A stretch of 64,000 bases of DNA, taken from positions 1 through 64,000 of IMG/VR virus record IMGVR_UViG_3300025759_000072. One strand, given 5' to 3'. The position numbers were made by a program, and so were the translations under genes. Within the stretch, counting starts at the first letter, position 1. The number at the start of each line of letters is the position of its first letter. The notes beneath the pieces were generated by a model. It did not search any database. It saw only the letters and a program-made list of their open reading frames with translations, and was not told where the DNA came from. This DNA comes from a virus. Positions 8,997-19,600 of this stretch are shown one piece after another.

Positions 8997-11900
8997 CTAT
9001 CTTGCTCGTGCTTGGCTAGTGCCAATGCCGCCGAACGGCGCATCCGCCCAGGCTATCCCGACGTAGGTGACGCCGCTACTGTTTTCTTGACTACTCGTTG
9101 TGCGGATTTTGATCCCGTTAGAGTTGATGTCTATCACGGTCCCAGCCTGCTCAGCGTTGTTGTTAGAGGGCTGTTGAGTAAGTGCGACCGGGTTATACGG
9201 GCTGACCTCTGTGTTGTACGAACCCCAGTTATTCTCCGTTGCGCTGGTATCTTTTATGATGGCGTACTTCGCCAAAAAGTCGAGCGGGATGAATGGCCCA
9301 TCCGCACTGCCGTTTCCGGTATAGGAGAATACTTTGCTGAAACCAGCGACACTATGGAAACAATAGGCGATCACTCGATTGCCGTAAGACGCCATATTAT
9401 TGTCAGTTGTTGAAAAAACTGTAGCCGTTGGAGTCGTGTTGCCATAAGCCTCACTGGGGGTGCTGGCAGCAGTCAGGTTAAGTCTCACGATACTTAACGC
9501 ACCCAAACTCGCATGATAAACCACCCAATCATTGGCCCCGTTATCCAAATCTCTTGCGATAATCAATTCTGGCGTTTCGTCTAGCCCGTGACCGATTGTT
9601 GATGTTCCTGCACCGCCATGCATCGTGAAACTTACGATGGAAAAACCCGCCGCAGTATTGGTCGAAACTGTCGATGTAATCGAACCGTCCGTATTGCTCG
9701 CGCCGGTCGAGCCGTCACCTTTCCAGCCATAGGTTACGAAATCTTCACCGCTGTCATTGTAACCGTCAGCACCGGTTCCGAGTCCGAACCCGTCCGAAAC
9801 GCTCAAGTCGTCAATACCGTTCGCGTCCGTGCTTTCAGCGTTGCTGCTGTCGGTGTTGATCTCTTTAGTCGCACCGCGAATACGATCAACAACCTTCCAT
9901 TCGTCCACCGTGTCCCGGTTCTTACGCCACAAAAGATCAGCCGTCAGCGTCGAGTTGCCGCCAAAGGTCACATCCTTGGCAACACCTGTTCCGGCGTCGC
10001 CGACGACGCCGAAGTGCGCGGACGGGTCCTTGATCGTCGGGGCGGGAAGGTGCGCGGTGCAGAGGGCGGTATAGTCGGATGTCACAGCGTCCGTGAAGCC
10101 ACTCTGGCCGAAATTTAAGACCGCCGTGAAGCCGCGATTGGCGTTTGACGCATTACCGATTGCTATGATGTAGGGCTCGTCAAGAAGGGCTTGAGAGGTA
10201 TTCGTCGTCTCTAAGCTGCCGTCTTTCCACACCTTGAAATTGGCGGCGGTCATGGTCGTGAAGTCGAATTCTACCGTCCAACGCCCCGTGCCCTGCGATA
10301 GCCCTGTGCTAACATTGGAACCTGCCAGAATAGTTCGTGAATTGTTCACGGCCCCCGTCTTGAAAATATTAACGAGATACACCCCGGAACTATAAAATAT
10401 ATCCCCTCGTGACAACCATGTCGAAAGTGGAATAAACATGATTTCAACCGACGTATCCGCGTCGGAGCCAAAGCTGCTCAACGTGACCTCCAAGTGGTAC
10501 TTGCCGGACTGGAGGGGCGGAACGGTCGTCGCAGCCGCCGCGTCCCCGGCTCCAGACGCGGAACTCCGCACAAGTTGGAGGTTGCCTTCCGAGAAAGTGA
10601 AATAAGTCGGGATCGCGACTGAACTTGTTATTGCCATGTTTAAGGGGTTAAAGGTCGGGTAGTTCCCAACATCATTCGCCGCGTCGTCGGTCGGGCTGTC
10701 GGAGAGTTGATCGGCGGCAGTGAAGCCGATTGATGCAAAAGAGAAGCCATCGTATGCAGCGGTGGGTGGGGTAAAGTTAGACAGCCAGGGTTGGTTAAAA
10801 GTAACCGCCGTAGGATTAGAAAGTCGTATTTCGTCCATCCATCCGTTTAAATCACCGCCCCCGCTGCCGTCAGCGCGACTCCCGCCGAATACAAGTTCTG
10901 AGGCGTTATTGTGTAAATTATCATTGAAATCCCCCGTAGCCCCGACTTGGGTTCCGTCTACAAACACATACCAAACGTTACCGTTCCTTACCAGCGCGAT
11001 ATGGTACCAAGTATTTAGAGAAGGTGTCCAAGTGTTGTTAATAGGTTGGGACTCTGAGGAACCATCAGTCGAAACGTCTACAACTAGGCTCGTAGTCGAA
11101 TGTGAATAGAAAAACCTAAAGGACTTCGTTGACACGCCACCCCACTTACTTGCAAAGTAATGGTTCCCGGAAATGGCGGCAAAGCGTACCCGAAATTCAA
11201 GTAGAAAGTTGTTTCCCGCCAATTCAAAATGGGCGTCATCAGCTAGGTAAATACGATCCCCTGCACCGTCGAATAAAATGGAGGACGCCCCGAAGACCGC
11301 TTGAGCTGTATCGTGTTGCGCCTGATTTGTTACCGAAATAGTTTTCCCGCCCCAACTATCTACAAACGTGGTCGAGCCATCCGTCGTATCAGAGTGAATT
11401 AGTAAACGGGTAAACCCATCGGCAGACTGTGTCGCCCTAACGTCTTTTCCGTAGTCACTACTATCAGCGAAGTCGAGCCAGAAGCCGTTGGCGCCGAAGT
11501 TGAGGGCGCTTGGGTCGATTGGATTCCAGTTCCCGTTCGCGTCAAATCTCCCAAAAGAACTAGGTGTCAGCGCCTGTCCGTCAATGAATATAAATTCGGC
11601 AAGCAGCCCATGGAAAAACTGTACTGGTTGCGCATCATATATACCCGCGCCGATGCGGTGTACAACCGCATCCATCATATTACCGACCGCGTTCAGTGCT
11701 GGATCAAGGCTGCTACTGAATGATGTAACCTCGACGCCATTCACGTAAAGTTTGATACGGTCCCCCGCCGTCCCGTCGGTCGTGTCCTTTGCGTAGACCA
11801 CATGATACCAGGAGCCTACATCGCGATAAATAGCCGACGTGGTGCGAAACCCGTTTCCCGTACCATCAACGCCGTTGACATAAAGCGGCGTGTCCACCGA

Positions 11901-12146
11901 ACCTGTAAAACGCACACCCTCTCCATTCGCCAGCGCATTCCCCGCTTCGATGAGATACCCGTTCGTCGTATTATTATTTGTCAACTTAGCCCAAACGGAT
12001 ACCGTGTATGTCGTCTTGGTCCCCGCGCTTCCGAAAGTTTTTTCGAGATGAGAAGCACCATCAAACAGCAGCGATTGTTCAATTAAATACTCATTAGCAC
12101 CGCCGAATCCAGCAAATAGAGTAGAAGTATCACCTATCAATGGCAT
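8997..12146 (-). CDS. Large LamG/ConA + SPRY virion adhesin (paralogue of 3949-7746)
   Basis: Same module order: EQSLLFDG, RDVGSWYH, GNWNPID, LLIHSD, WYHIALVR, DSPT, LCTAHLP, AGFSIVSF, QARAR. Confidence 0.7.
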   Translation of the reverse strand: MPLIGDTSTLFAGFGGANEYLIEQSLLFDGASHLEKTFGSAGTKTTYTVSVWAKLTNNNTTNGYLIEAGNALANGEGVRFTGSVDTPLYVNGVDGTGNGFRTTSAIYRDVGSWYHVVYAKDTTDGTAGDRIKLYVNGVEVTSFSSSLDPALNAVGNMMDAVVHRIGAGIYDAQPVQFFHGLLAEFIFIDGQALTPSSFGRFDANGNWNPIDPSALNFGANGFWLDFADSSDYGKDVRATQSADGFTRLLIHSDTTDGSTTFVDSWGGKTISVTNQAQHDTAQAVFGASSILFDGAGDRIYLADDAHFELAGNNFLLEFRVRFAAISGNHYFASKWGGVSTKSFRFFYSHSTTSLVVDVSTDGSSESQPINNTWTPSLNTWYHIALVRNGNVWYVFVDGTQVGATGDFNDNLHNNASELVFGGSRADGSGGGDLNGWMDEIRLSNPTAVTFNQPWLSNFTPPTAAYDGFSFASIGFTAADQLSDSPTDDAANDVGNYPTFNPLNMAITSSVAIPTYFTFSEGNLQLVRSSASGAGDAAAATTVPPLQSGKYHLEVTLSSFGSDADTSVEIMFIPLSTWLSRGDIFYSSGVYLVNIFKTGAVNNSRTILAGSNVSTGLSQGTGRWTVEFDFTTMTAANFKVWKDGSLETTNTSQALLDEPYIIAIGNASNANRGFTAVLNFGQSGFTDAVTSDYTALCTAHLPAPTIKDPSAHFGVVGDAGTGVAKDVTFGGNSTLTADLLWRKNRDTVDEWKVVDRIRGATKEINTDSSNAESTDANGIDDLSVSDGFGLGTGADGYNDSGEDFVTYGWKGDGSTGASNTDGSITSTVSTNTAAGFSIVSFTMHGGAGTSTIGHGLDETPELIIARDLDNGANDWVVYHASLGALSIVRLNLTAASTPSEAYGNTTPTATVFSTTDNNMASYGNRVIAYCFHSVAGFSKVFSYTGNGSADGPFIPLDFLAKYAIIKDTSATENNWGSYNTEVSPYNPVALTQQPSNNNAEQAGTVIDINSNGIKIRTTSSQENSSGVTYVGIAWADAPFGGIGTSQARAR

Positions 12147-12157
12147 AATTTTTACTC

Positions 12158-12967
12158 CTAAGCTGTACCGAGCATGTCAATCGTAGCAGCTGCGTGAATT
12201 GTGTTAGAAGAAACAACTTGGTAATCAATACGATCCTGTTTACCAGCAACCGTACTCATTGTAGGAGCAACACCAGTTTTAAATCTCCAGAAAGATCCCC
12301 ATGATGTTGTATATGAACCATTTGCCGTAACAATAATACTACCACCTTGACCAACAACACCAGATAGTGTTGGATTTGCCATTGTGATATTAGCGTTTGC
12401 GGTAAGACTAAAGTGATTGGAATCAGTTAGTGTTAGTGTTACTGTATTACCAGCAGCACCATTACGAACACCAAGATTATCAATCTCACCTCTTTGTGAT
12501 TTTGTAAATGCATTATTGTTATGTGTAAATACGCCATTCGATGTGGTAACAGAAGCAATATCCAGTTTTGCACCAGTGATATTAGCATCAGCAATCTTAA
12601 CTGTCGTTACATTTGAATCTGCAATCTTAACTGTTGTTACAGCATTGTCTTGTAACTTAGCAGTTGTTACTGTATTGTCAGAAGGAGTACCAATATTTAA
12701 CGTATCACCAAGAGCAACACCAAAAAATGATGCATTAGTTGCAGGCGCTGAAGTAAATGTAATATTTTGATCTGTTACTGTATAAGCAACTTCAGGTTCT
12801 TGTAAAACACCATCAATTGAAATAAGTAATTGAGTTGCAGAACTGGCAATGAAATTCTGCGCTGCAACTTGCAAAGTAAACTGAGTATCACTGCTATTAA
12901 AGAATGCAGAGATATCGTCTAGTTTGCTATAATTACCAATTTGTGGCGATCTTCCAATGTATGGCAT
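12158..12967 (-). CDS. Fibre/structural protein (MPYIG N-terminus, VTTAKI repeats)
   Basis: MPYIGRSP..LLISIDGVLQEP..AYT; decapeptide D..VTT.KI fibre repeats. Confidence 0.65.
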   Translation of the reverse strand: MPYIGRSPQIGNYSKLDDISAFFNSSDTQFTLQVAAQNFIASSATQLLISIDGVLQEPEVAYTVTDQNITFTSAPATNASFFGVALGDTLNIGTPSDNTVTTAKLQDNAVTTVKIADSNVTTVKIADANITGAKLDIASVTTSNGVFTHNNNAFTKSQRGEIDNLGVRNGAAGNTVTLTLTDSNHFSLTANANITMANPTLSGVVGQGGSIIVTANGSYTTSWGSFWRFKTGVAPTMSTVAGKQDRIDYQVVSSNTIHAAATIDMLGTA

Positions 12968-13000
12968 CTGTTATTAACCTTTAATCGAAATTCATTTTGT

Positions 13001-13078
13001 TTATTTATTAATCTTTATTTGATCATTGATCTCACCTAAGACACCGGCAATAAGGTTCTTTGAGATTGTAGTTGCCAT
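13001..13078 (-). pseudogene. 25-codon remnant resembling a fibre-gene start
   Basis: MATTISKNLIAGVLGEINDQIKINK*; resembles the MATTKITSGVLG start of 13083-14054 and begins 4 nt after its stop. Confidence 0.35.
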
Positions 13079-13082
13079 AGCC

Positions 13083-14054
13083 TTAACTCCAATTCACGCC
13101 GAATAAGGCGAACACGCCATCAAGATTGCCTGACGTTGTAGTGACGCGAATTCCGTTGTGAGTTTCGTTTGTGTTGTACGCGCCTTTGGCATCTATCCAG
13201 TTCATTAGTGATCCCTGGTCTTCGCCAATAGACTTCACGAAGCACGTAGTCTTCGCCGCGCTATCATCAAACTGGCGAATTACAGCTTCACCTGTGCCTG
13301 TGTTCTTACCTCCACCGTAGTCGTCCCAAAGGAACGGGAAGCCCGTCGTGACCGACCCCGCTTGGTTAATGCCGTTATAGGCAGTGCCGGATGTTTGATC
13401 GCCCTGGTGTCCTGAGTAGACGTAACCCGAGGTGCGCCATGTTGACACGTTACGGAATTGAATAACACCAAAAGCACCTGTCGTTTTAAGTTCTGCAATG
13501 CGCCACTTGAGAAGTAACTCATCGAACCCGCTGACATTGGTTGTGAAATCAAGATTAGCTGACGCGGTGGCTGTTTGTGTTTCGAGTAGAACAGGAACAC
13601 CAACAGGACGCGGAGTGTAGAAACCCGTTGCATCATGCGCTCGATATTCTCGGCTCTCTTTCGGTTGCAACGGAACTGGATCACGGGCGTCTGTTGTGCC
13701 TTCGTTGATAGCGTCGCCCGACGCAGGCCAAACCCACGCAGCAGCAGCACCGGAGTTGGTGATACAAACATTTCGACCGGCTACGGCAGATGGAAGCGTT
13801 ACACTGTCACCCGCTGTCGCACAAGTAGAGATCAATACGTGATCGGTCGTGAGGGCAGTACCACCAACCTGGGTTTGCGTAGCAGATGCGGACACCGTGC
13901 CAACATCCATGATTAAATTATCGGTGACAGTCAGATTGCCAGGGACAACAAGGTTGCCGCTCAATTTGTCAGACGTAATTGAACTGGCACTCAATTTGTC
14001 AGACGTAATTGAACTGGATCCTAAAACACCGCTTGTAATCTTTGTTGTTGCCAT
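13083..14054 (-). CDS. Tail fibre-like protein
   Basis: SITSDKL repeats; ~110-aa block shared with 14400-15719; divergent C-terminal head. Confidence 0.6.
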   Translation of the reverse strand: MATTKITSGVLGSSSITSDKLSASSITSDKLSGNLVVPGNLTVTDNLIMDVGTVSASATQTQVGGTALTTDHVLISTCATAGDSVTLPSAVAGRNVCITNSGAAAAWVWPASGDAINEGTTDARDPVPLQPKESREYRAHDATGFYTPRPVGVPVLLETQTATASANLDFTTNVSGFDELLLKWRIAELKTTGAFGVIQFRNVSTWRTSGYVYSGHQGDQTSGTAYNGINQAGSVTTGFPFLWDDYGGGKNTGTGEAVIRQFDDSAAKTTCFVKSIGEDQGSLMNWIDAKGAYNTNETHNGIRVTTTSGNLDGVFALFGVNWS

Positions 14055-14087
14055 CGATAGTACCTTTGTTAAATCTTTTACTATTAC

Positions 14088-14390
14088 TTAGGATGGTTCA
14101 ATTGGCCAAGTAATCTCGCCTTGAACAGTTGTATCATCGTAGTTTGCTGGTAAATCTCTTAGTGCTTGTCTATATGCGCTCCATTCCGCAGAAAGAGTTA
14201 GGTCGTTTGATGCACGCCAATCAGTAGTAGCAATCTTACGATCTCTTTCATCACGAAGACTTTTCCATGCTCTATCTGCAGCACCAGCATTCCATGCTTC
14301 TTCGCGAGCAACATGCTCGTCAATTTCAGTTTCTGTCAATGGGACTTTTTTTCCGTTAACTAATTTATGTGTATAATCTTCGCGAGGCAT
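14088..14390 (-). CDS. Phage tail (fibre) assembly chaperone
   Basis: LRDERDRKIATTDW...WSAYRQALRDLP...WP motif. Confidence 0.8.
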   Translation of the reverse strand: MPREDYTHKLVNGKKVPLTETEIDEHVAREEAWNAGAADRAWKSLRDERDRKIATTDWRASNDLTLSAEWSAYRQALRDLPANYDDTTVQGEITWPIEPS

Positions 14391-14399
14391 AACTTTCTC

Positions 14400-15719
14400 C
14401 TATTTGTTGATGCCGTAGACAGCGATGGTGCCGCTAGCCATGTTGCCGCCGAACTTAAATTGCAGACCGTTGTAGGCAGCAGCGACTAAAAAATTACCTC
14501 CAGAGTTGAAAGTGCGGTAGCCGGGGACATCTTGCACGTATGTGCCGCGACAATGGTAGCTGAAAAAGGTTGACGCGTTTGCCATTTGACAGTGCATGTC
14601 AAATGATACGCCAGACTCCCCCGCTGCATTCCCCGCTCCCCCCGCCATCAATACGAAACTCACTTGAGAAGCGTTATAGTTTCCGATAAGCGCGCCAGCT
14701 TGGTTGCTATCGTAGCCTGAATAATTGTAACTCGCCGCCGTTTCGTAAGTAACGCCAAGATCGTCGGAGACTAACATTTCCAACCCTTGACCGTCCACGG
14801 ACGGGATAATGTTCGTGCCGATAACTTCGATGACATCAAACGTGCCATCACCCATAGAGGCGTCTGCGAAGTCTAACGAAGCGGATGTGCTTGCAGTCTG
14901 CGTGTCCAAAAGAACACGACTTCCTGATGGACGCGGCGTATAGAACCCAGTCGCATCATGCGCTCGATATTCTCGGCTCTCATTTGGCCAAAGAGGGGCA
15001 GGATCGCGGGCGTCGGTCGTACCCTCGTTAATCGCATCACCACTCGCGGGCCAGACCCATGCTGCAGCAGCGCCGCTATTCGTAATCCAGACACTGCGCC
15101 CAGCTACAGCAGATGGGAGCGTTACACTATCTCCAGCCGTGGCACAGGTAGAGATCAACACATTATCGGTTGTGATTGCAGTACCGCCCACTTGTGTTTG
15201 CGTAGCGGATGCTGACACTGTTCCGACATCCATGATGAAGTTATCAGTAACGGTTAGATCACCAGGAGCAACGAGATCGCCGCTCAATTTGGCAGACGTA
15301 ATTGAATTGTCACTCAATTTGGCAGTAGTTATATTTAAATCAGCAATCTTAGCAGTAGTTATATTTAAATCAGCAATCTTTGATGTAATAACTACGTTAT
15401 CATCTAACATTGCGCTGCTATTAATCGCACCAGATGAAATCGTATTCAGAGTTGTCTTAATGTAATACTGAACTTCAATATTAGAAACACCAGTCGGAAT
15501 CGCTTCACTAAAGGTTAGGGTAGTACTTGATAGTGAAAACGTATTGTGATGCTGAGTTACACCATCCATTGAAACAAGGATAGCATTTTCTGTTGCTGGT
15601 GAACTTGATAACGTTAATTGTGTAGAACTACCTGCAGTAAAATCAGCACCTGCCGCAAAGTTATCGATTATAAAATCGTCACCACCGCGAGTAACTGGAG
15701 ATACACCAATATAAGGCAT
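14400..15719 (-). CDS. Tail fibre-like protein
   Basis: MPYIG start, ITTAKIAD repeats, block shared with 13083-14054, C-terminal SGTIAVYG head; followed by chaperone. Confidence 0.65.
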   Translation of the reverse strand: MPYIGVSPVTRGGDDFIIDNFAAGADFTAGSSTQLTLSSSPATENAILVSMDGVTQHHNTFSLSSTTLTFSEAIPTGVSNIEVQYYIKTTLNTISSGAINSSAMLDDNVVITSKIADLNITTAKIADLNITTAKLSDNSITSAKLSGDLVAPGDLTVTDNFIMDVGTVSASATQTQVGGTAITTDNVLISTCATAGDSVTLPSAVAGRSVWITNSGAAAAWVWPASGDAINEGTTDARDPAPLWPNESREYRAHDATGFYTPRPSGSRVLLDTQTASTSASLDFADASMGDGTFDVIEVIGTNIIPSVDGQGLEMLVSDDLGVTYETAASYNYSGYDSNQAGALIGNYNASQVSFVLMAGGAGNAAGESGVSFDMHCQMANASTFFSYHCRGTYVQDVPGYRTFNSGGNFLVAAAYNGLQFKFGGNMASGTIAVYGINK

Positions 15720-15732
15720 TCGTTAACTCCTA

Positions 15733-16068
15733 TCAGGTTTGTTCAAGCAATGACATTACAGCATCAATTGAAGCAGAAGCGTTGTCTGATGCTACCTTAA
15801 TTGAATGCCCTGTTTCAAGAACGATTTTCTGATCGCCGCCGATTGGAACAATAGAACTACCTGCTGGTAGTGGAGCATCTTTTAGAATATGTGTATCATT
15901 TGCTCCATCATTATGTGTAACAGTTACATTAACTGCTGTGCCAAGAATGTTCGAAACTGTTAGACCAATTACTGTCTCAGTCGTTGAAGCACCAGTGGTG
16001 TGTGAACCAACCGCAGTCAACGAATTCGTTACGTTTCTTGAAGTATATGTTTTGAAAGCGTTTGCCAT
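15733..16068 (-). CDS. Small virion structural protein
   Basis: MANAFK...TVIGLTVSN...GGDQKIVLETG type seen in fibre regions of marine phages. Confidence 0.55.
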   Translation of the reverse strand: MANAFKTYTSRNVTNSLTAVGSHTTGASTTETVIGLTVSNILGTAVNVTVTHNDGANDTHILKDAPLPAGSSIVPIGGDQKIVLETGHSIKVASDNASASIDAVMSLLEQT

Positions 16069-16078
16069 ATTTTTTTAC

Positions 16079-16450
16079 CTAGCCTAGTGCAATTGCGAAT
16101 GCTAAAGCGTTGTCATCTGTTCCTGGTGGAACACCATTGATTAGAACATTTGTTGCATTGATGTTTGTGTTTGCAGTAATCAATAATCTATTACCGAAAA
16201 TATTTGTGTTTGCTGAACTAAATGTAGTATTTGCAGCAACTGAAACAGTAACGCCACTTAATGTTACAGGACCAGAAAGAGTAGATGTTCCAGTCGCATT
16301 AAGTGTATTTGTCGTTACAGAGTTAGCAGCATTAACCGTATTTGCATTAACAAAAAACTGATTGACACGATCTGTTAATAGATTCGTATTAATCCGCCAC
16401 TCATCAAAAGTAGTATTCGCTAATGCTGTGTTTGAAAGCAAGTCAGCCAT
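16079..16450 (-). CDS. Small virion structural protein
   Basis: NTTFDEWRINTN N-terminus and ALAFAIALG C-terminus typical of fibre-region proteins. Confidence 0.5.
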   Translation of the reverse strand: MADLLSNTALANTTFDEWRINTNLLTDRVNQFFVNANTVNAANSVTTNTLNATGTSTLSGPVTLSGVTVSVAANTTFSSANTNIFGNRLLITANTNINATNVLINGVPPGTDDNALAFAIALG

Positions 16451-16453
16451 TTA

Positions 16454-16663
16454 TTAATTACCTTGTTTCGATACGATCAACCGAAGCATATCTCGTATTT
16501 CTTTTAGTTCATCTTTGATATTATTTATATCAGATATCAATTCGTTCTGATGTTGTTTTTTCTTTTTATATGCAGTAAGAGCAGTATTATCAATTGATAA
16601 AATAGCTCCAGTATCTATATCTTTTCGAAATCCTTCTACATCTTTAATCGGTTGAAGTTTCAT
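16454..16663 (-). CDS. Conserved small coiled-coil protein
   Basis: KDIDTGAILS..INNIKDELKEIRDML; typical gene following the DUF4815 protein. Confidence 0.55.
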   Translation of the reverse strand: MKLQPIKDVEGFRKDIDTGAILSIDNTALTAYKKKKQHQNELISDINNIKDELKEIRDMLRLIVSKQGN

Positions 16664-16671
16664 ATCTTCCT

Positions 16672-19600
16672 CTAAATCTGTAATGCAATTGCTCTAAAGT
16701 CTCTTACTCTTGGCACATTAGATGTTGTGCTTGAGAGTAGAACGATCTTGATTGCAAAGTATTTAAATCCAGTATATGTTACACTTTCACTATTTACATA
16801 TTGAACTTCACCGCCAGTACCTGTTAGATTTGCAGTTGGAATATTGTACTCATATTCCTTTAGATCATTACGATTTTCAGAGTCAGAAACAGTAACAGCA
16901 CTTGTTGTCTGTGTCATCTGAGTCCATGATTGATCATCAAGTGTATCACTATCCTCAGCATTGAGAATCTTATAGTATAGTTGAATATCAGAAGTGCCTG
17001 GTTTATATGCTGTTAAGAAAATCTTTAAGTCTTCAGCATCTTGTCCATCTGCAAGTGTCACTGTTCTTGTGATATACTTAGCAGTAGCATTACCACCAAA
17101 CGTTGAGTTCTCATTAGTTGAGTCATTATTTACAAGGTTCTCAACAGTGAACAGAGCCGCCCGTTCGTTATCAATAGCAGGAGAATGACGTTTGTTTGTG
17201 CTATTTGATAAAGCAACTTTTAGATCAACTGTTTTAGAACCAGAATGATTTGTTGTTTCATTACTTTTACTTGCAACATATCTTGGTGTGTCATATTCTG
17301 TATCACCATTATCATTTACATTGCGATAAACAGAATCAAGAGTAGTAGTACCTGTTGCAAGTTTACCAGTGATTGATGACTCAGTTCCTTGAAGATCAAG
17401 TTTACTCATATGAGTGTGGAAAATATCAATTTGAAGATCATCAATAGAAACGATGTTAGCATCTAGACCACCTGTCTGTGTACGTAGTTGAGTACCAGCA
17501 ACAAATGTACCAGATGGTTCTGAAAGATGTAGATAGTTATTAGCAGACGTTACACCATCATAGAAGTAAACTTTACCTGTTGGTGTTGCTTGACTGCTTA
17601 GAGTACTCGTCGTTCCAGTAGCAGCACCTGATTGATACAGTGTAATCGTTTCAGTATTAGTGAACTTATCTGCTGTTGTGACTTCTTTGACACGATAGTT
17701 TGTGCCACTAATATCACTGATTGTACCGTTAGCAGAAGATGTCGCGCCAACCAATGTATCACCAACAATAGCGCCAGCCAGTGTTCCAGCAAGAGTCAAT
17801 GTAGTTTCGCCATGTACACTTTCACCAACTACATTAAACATCGTTGTTGAGTCAAGCGTGTTGACTGTGAGATATTCTTTATCGGTGTTCTTAAATACTG
17901 CCGTACCAGATTGAGATGTACCAAAGTTACCAAAGTACATTTTAAACTTGAGGTCTTCTTCTTGAATAGGTGTCCATGTACGATCATTTGCAGATGCGAA
18001 TAGAGTACCGGAATATGGTTGACTTACAATCCTATTACCTGTTGTAAGATCATCTTCGCCAAGTCTTGCAGTAAATACTGTGTAGTTTGGATTATTACCA
18101 CCTGGTTTGATAACGATTGCATATTCTGCATCATTCAATAAGAATACTGGTGTATCAAAAACGATTGGTGTTGGTTTTGAAGCGTCTGTACTTGTATTTA
18201 CATCAGCAGAAGCAACAGATTGTTTGCCGAAAGGAACAACCTTTTTAGTGATAAGTGATGTGCTTGGATCAACTTCACGAATCTCAATATCGACTGGTAG
18301 ATTTGCGTCTTTTGATGAGAAGTATAAATCAAGTTTTGTTAAATAAACACCAGATGAAATGCCAGATCCAAAGTTATCAGATGTGTCAACTATAAATGTT
18401 TGCGCTATAGGATCGTCGCCGCCGCCGTCGTCCACGAACCGCCGCTCAAATCTAGTTGAAGAAGATGTGGTTGTTCTTGTTTCTGTTACTGTGTTAAATT
18501 CAAGACTCACATTACGAGTACCAATTACGGTATCTTGTACTACTTGACTGAGACCAGAAGCAGAATAGTTTGCTGAAGCCCATGTTGTTGTAGCACTTTG
18601 ATCTTCGCTTCCTGTAACACTATCAACGAGTTTAAATAATAGAGTACCAACTCTAAACCTTAGAGTATCATTATTTGGAATACGGAAGTTACCGTGTAGA
18701 ACACCGTTTGCATCAGTTACAAGATTTGATCCTTCTGACGCTGTTGGAACGAAAGATGAATCAGTTGGTGTTACATATGCGTTCACATCTTCACTATCAA
18801 AGAAAGCATATACTCTTGTTGATGGTTTCATACCAGTAACAGTAAAGTTGATTACTCTTGACCGCATGAATGGAATCAGATTTACATCACGAACAGACTC
18901 GCCAATACTTTGTGTTTGTGTTTGTGGTACACCAATCTCAGCACGAAGACCTTGTCTCTGTTGACCAACCGTGGTCGTTGAAGTGATTTGTTGTGCTTGA
19001 TTGTCGCGAACAAGTTGTCGAGTTTCTGTTGTGCCGCCTGTCCAAATCGTGTTCCAATCACCAAACTGTGTGCCCCAAGCATTTGCTAGATTTTGCCATG
19101 CTTGTGTATTAAAGTCAAAATCAATCTGAACCTCTGGACGAACTGTTGTATCAACCCAGTAATCAGTTTCTGGTGTAAGTTCTAGATTACCATGATAGTT
19201 ATAGAAAGTACCAGCAGTATTTCTTGTTGTAGAAGCAAGTGACTGATTAATAACTAAATCATGATTATAAGGTAGTGTAATCAGTTTACTATTATCTGGT
19301 AATGTTACATTTGAGATAGATGATGAAGCACCTGAGTCACCACCAACAGCAGTTCCAGAAAGAGTACCTGAGACTTGTTCAAGATATAGTTTAGCATCAA
19401 CTTGATAGACAAGTTTACCAGTTCCAGCGCCACAAGTTACTGTCTCGCCAACTGTATATGTCTGAGTTGAATCAGCAATCGTTACTGTTGCATCTTTAGA
19501 CTTAACTGATACACCAGAGGATGATGCTGAGTTAAATTCAACTTGAACATCATCAAGTTTAAATGGTGGGCGTAGTTCGTTTTTCTGTGGATCAACAGCA

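Noticed and set aside
2396-15719. Diversity-generating retroelement acting on fibre genes
   Set aside because: No reverse transcriptase in the window; paralogous segments differ at all base types, not only adenines.
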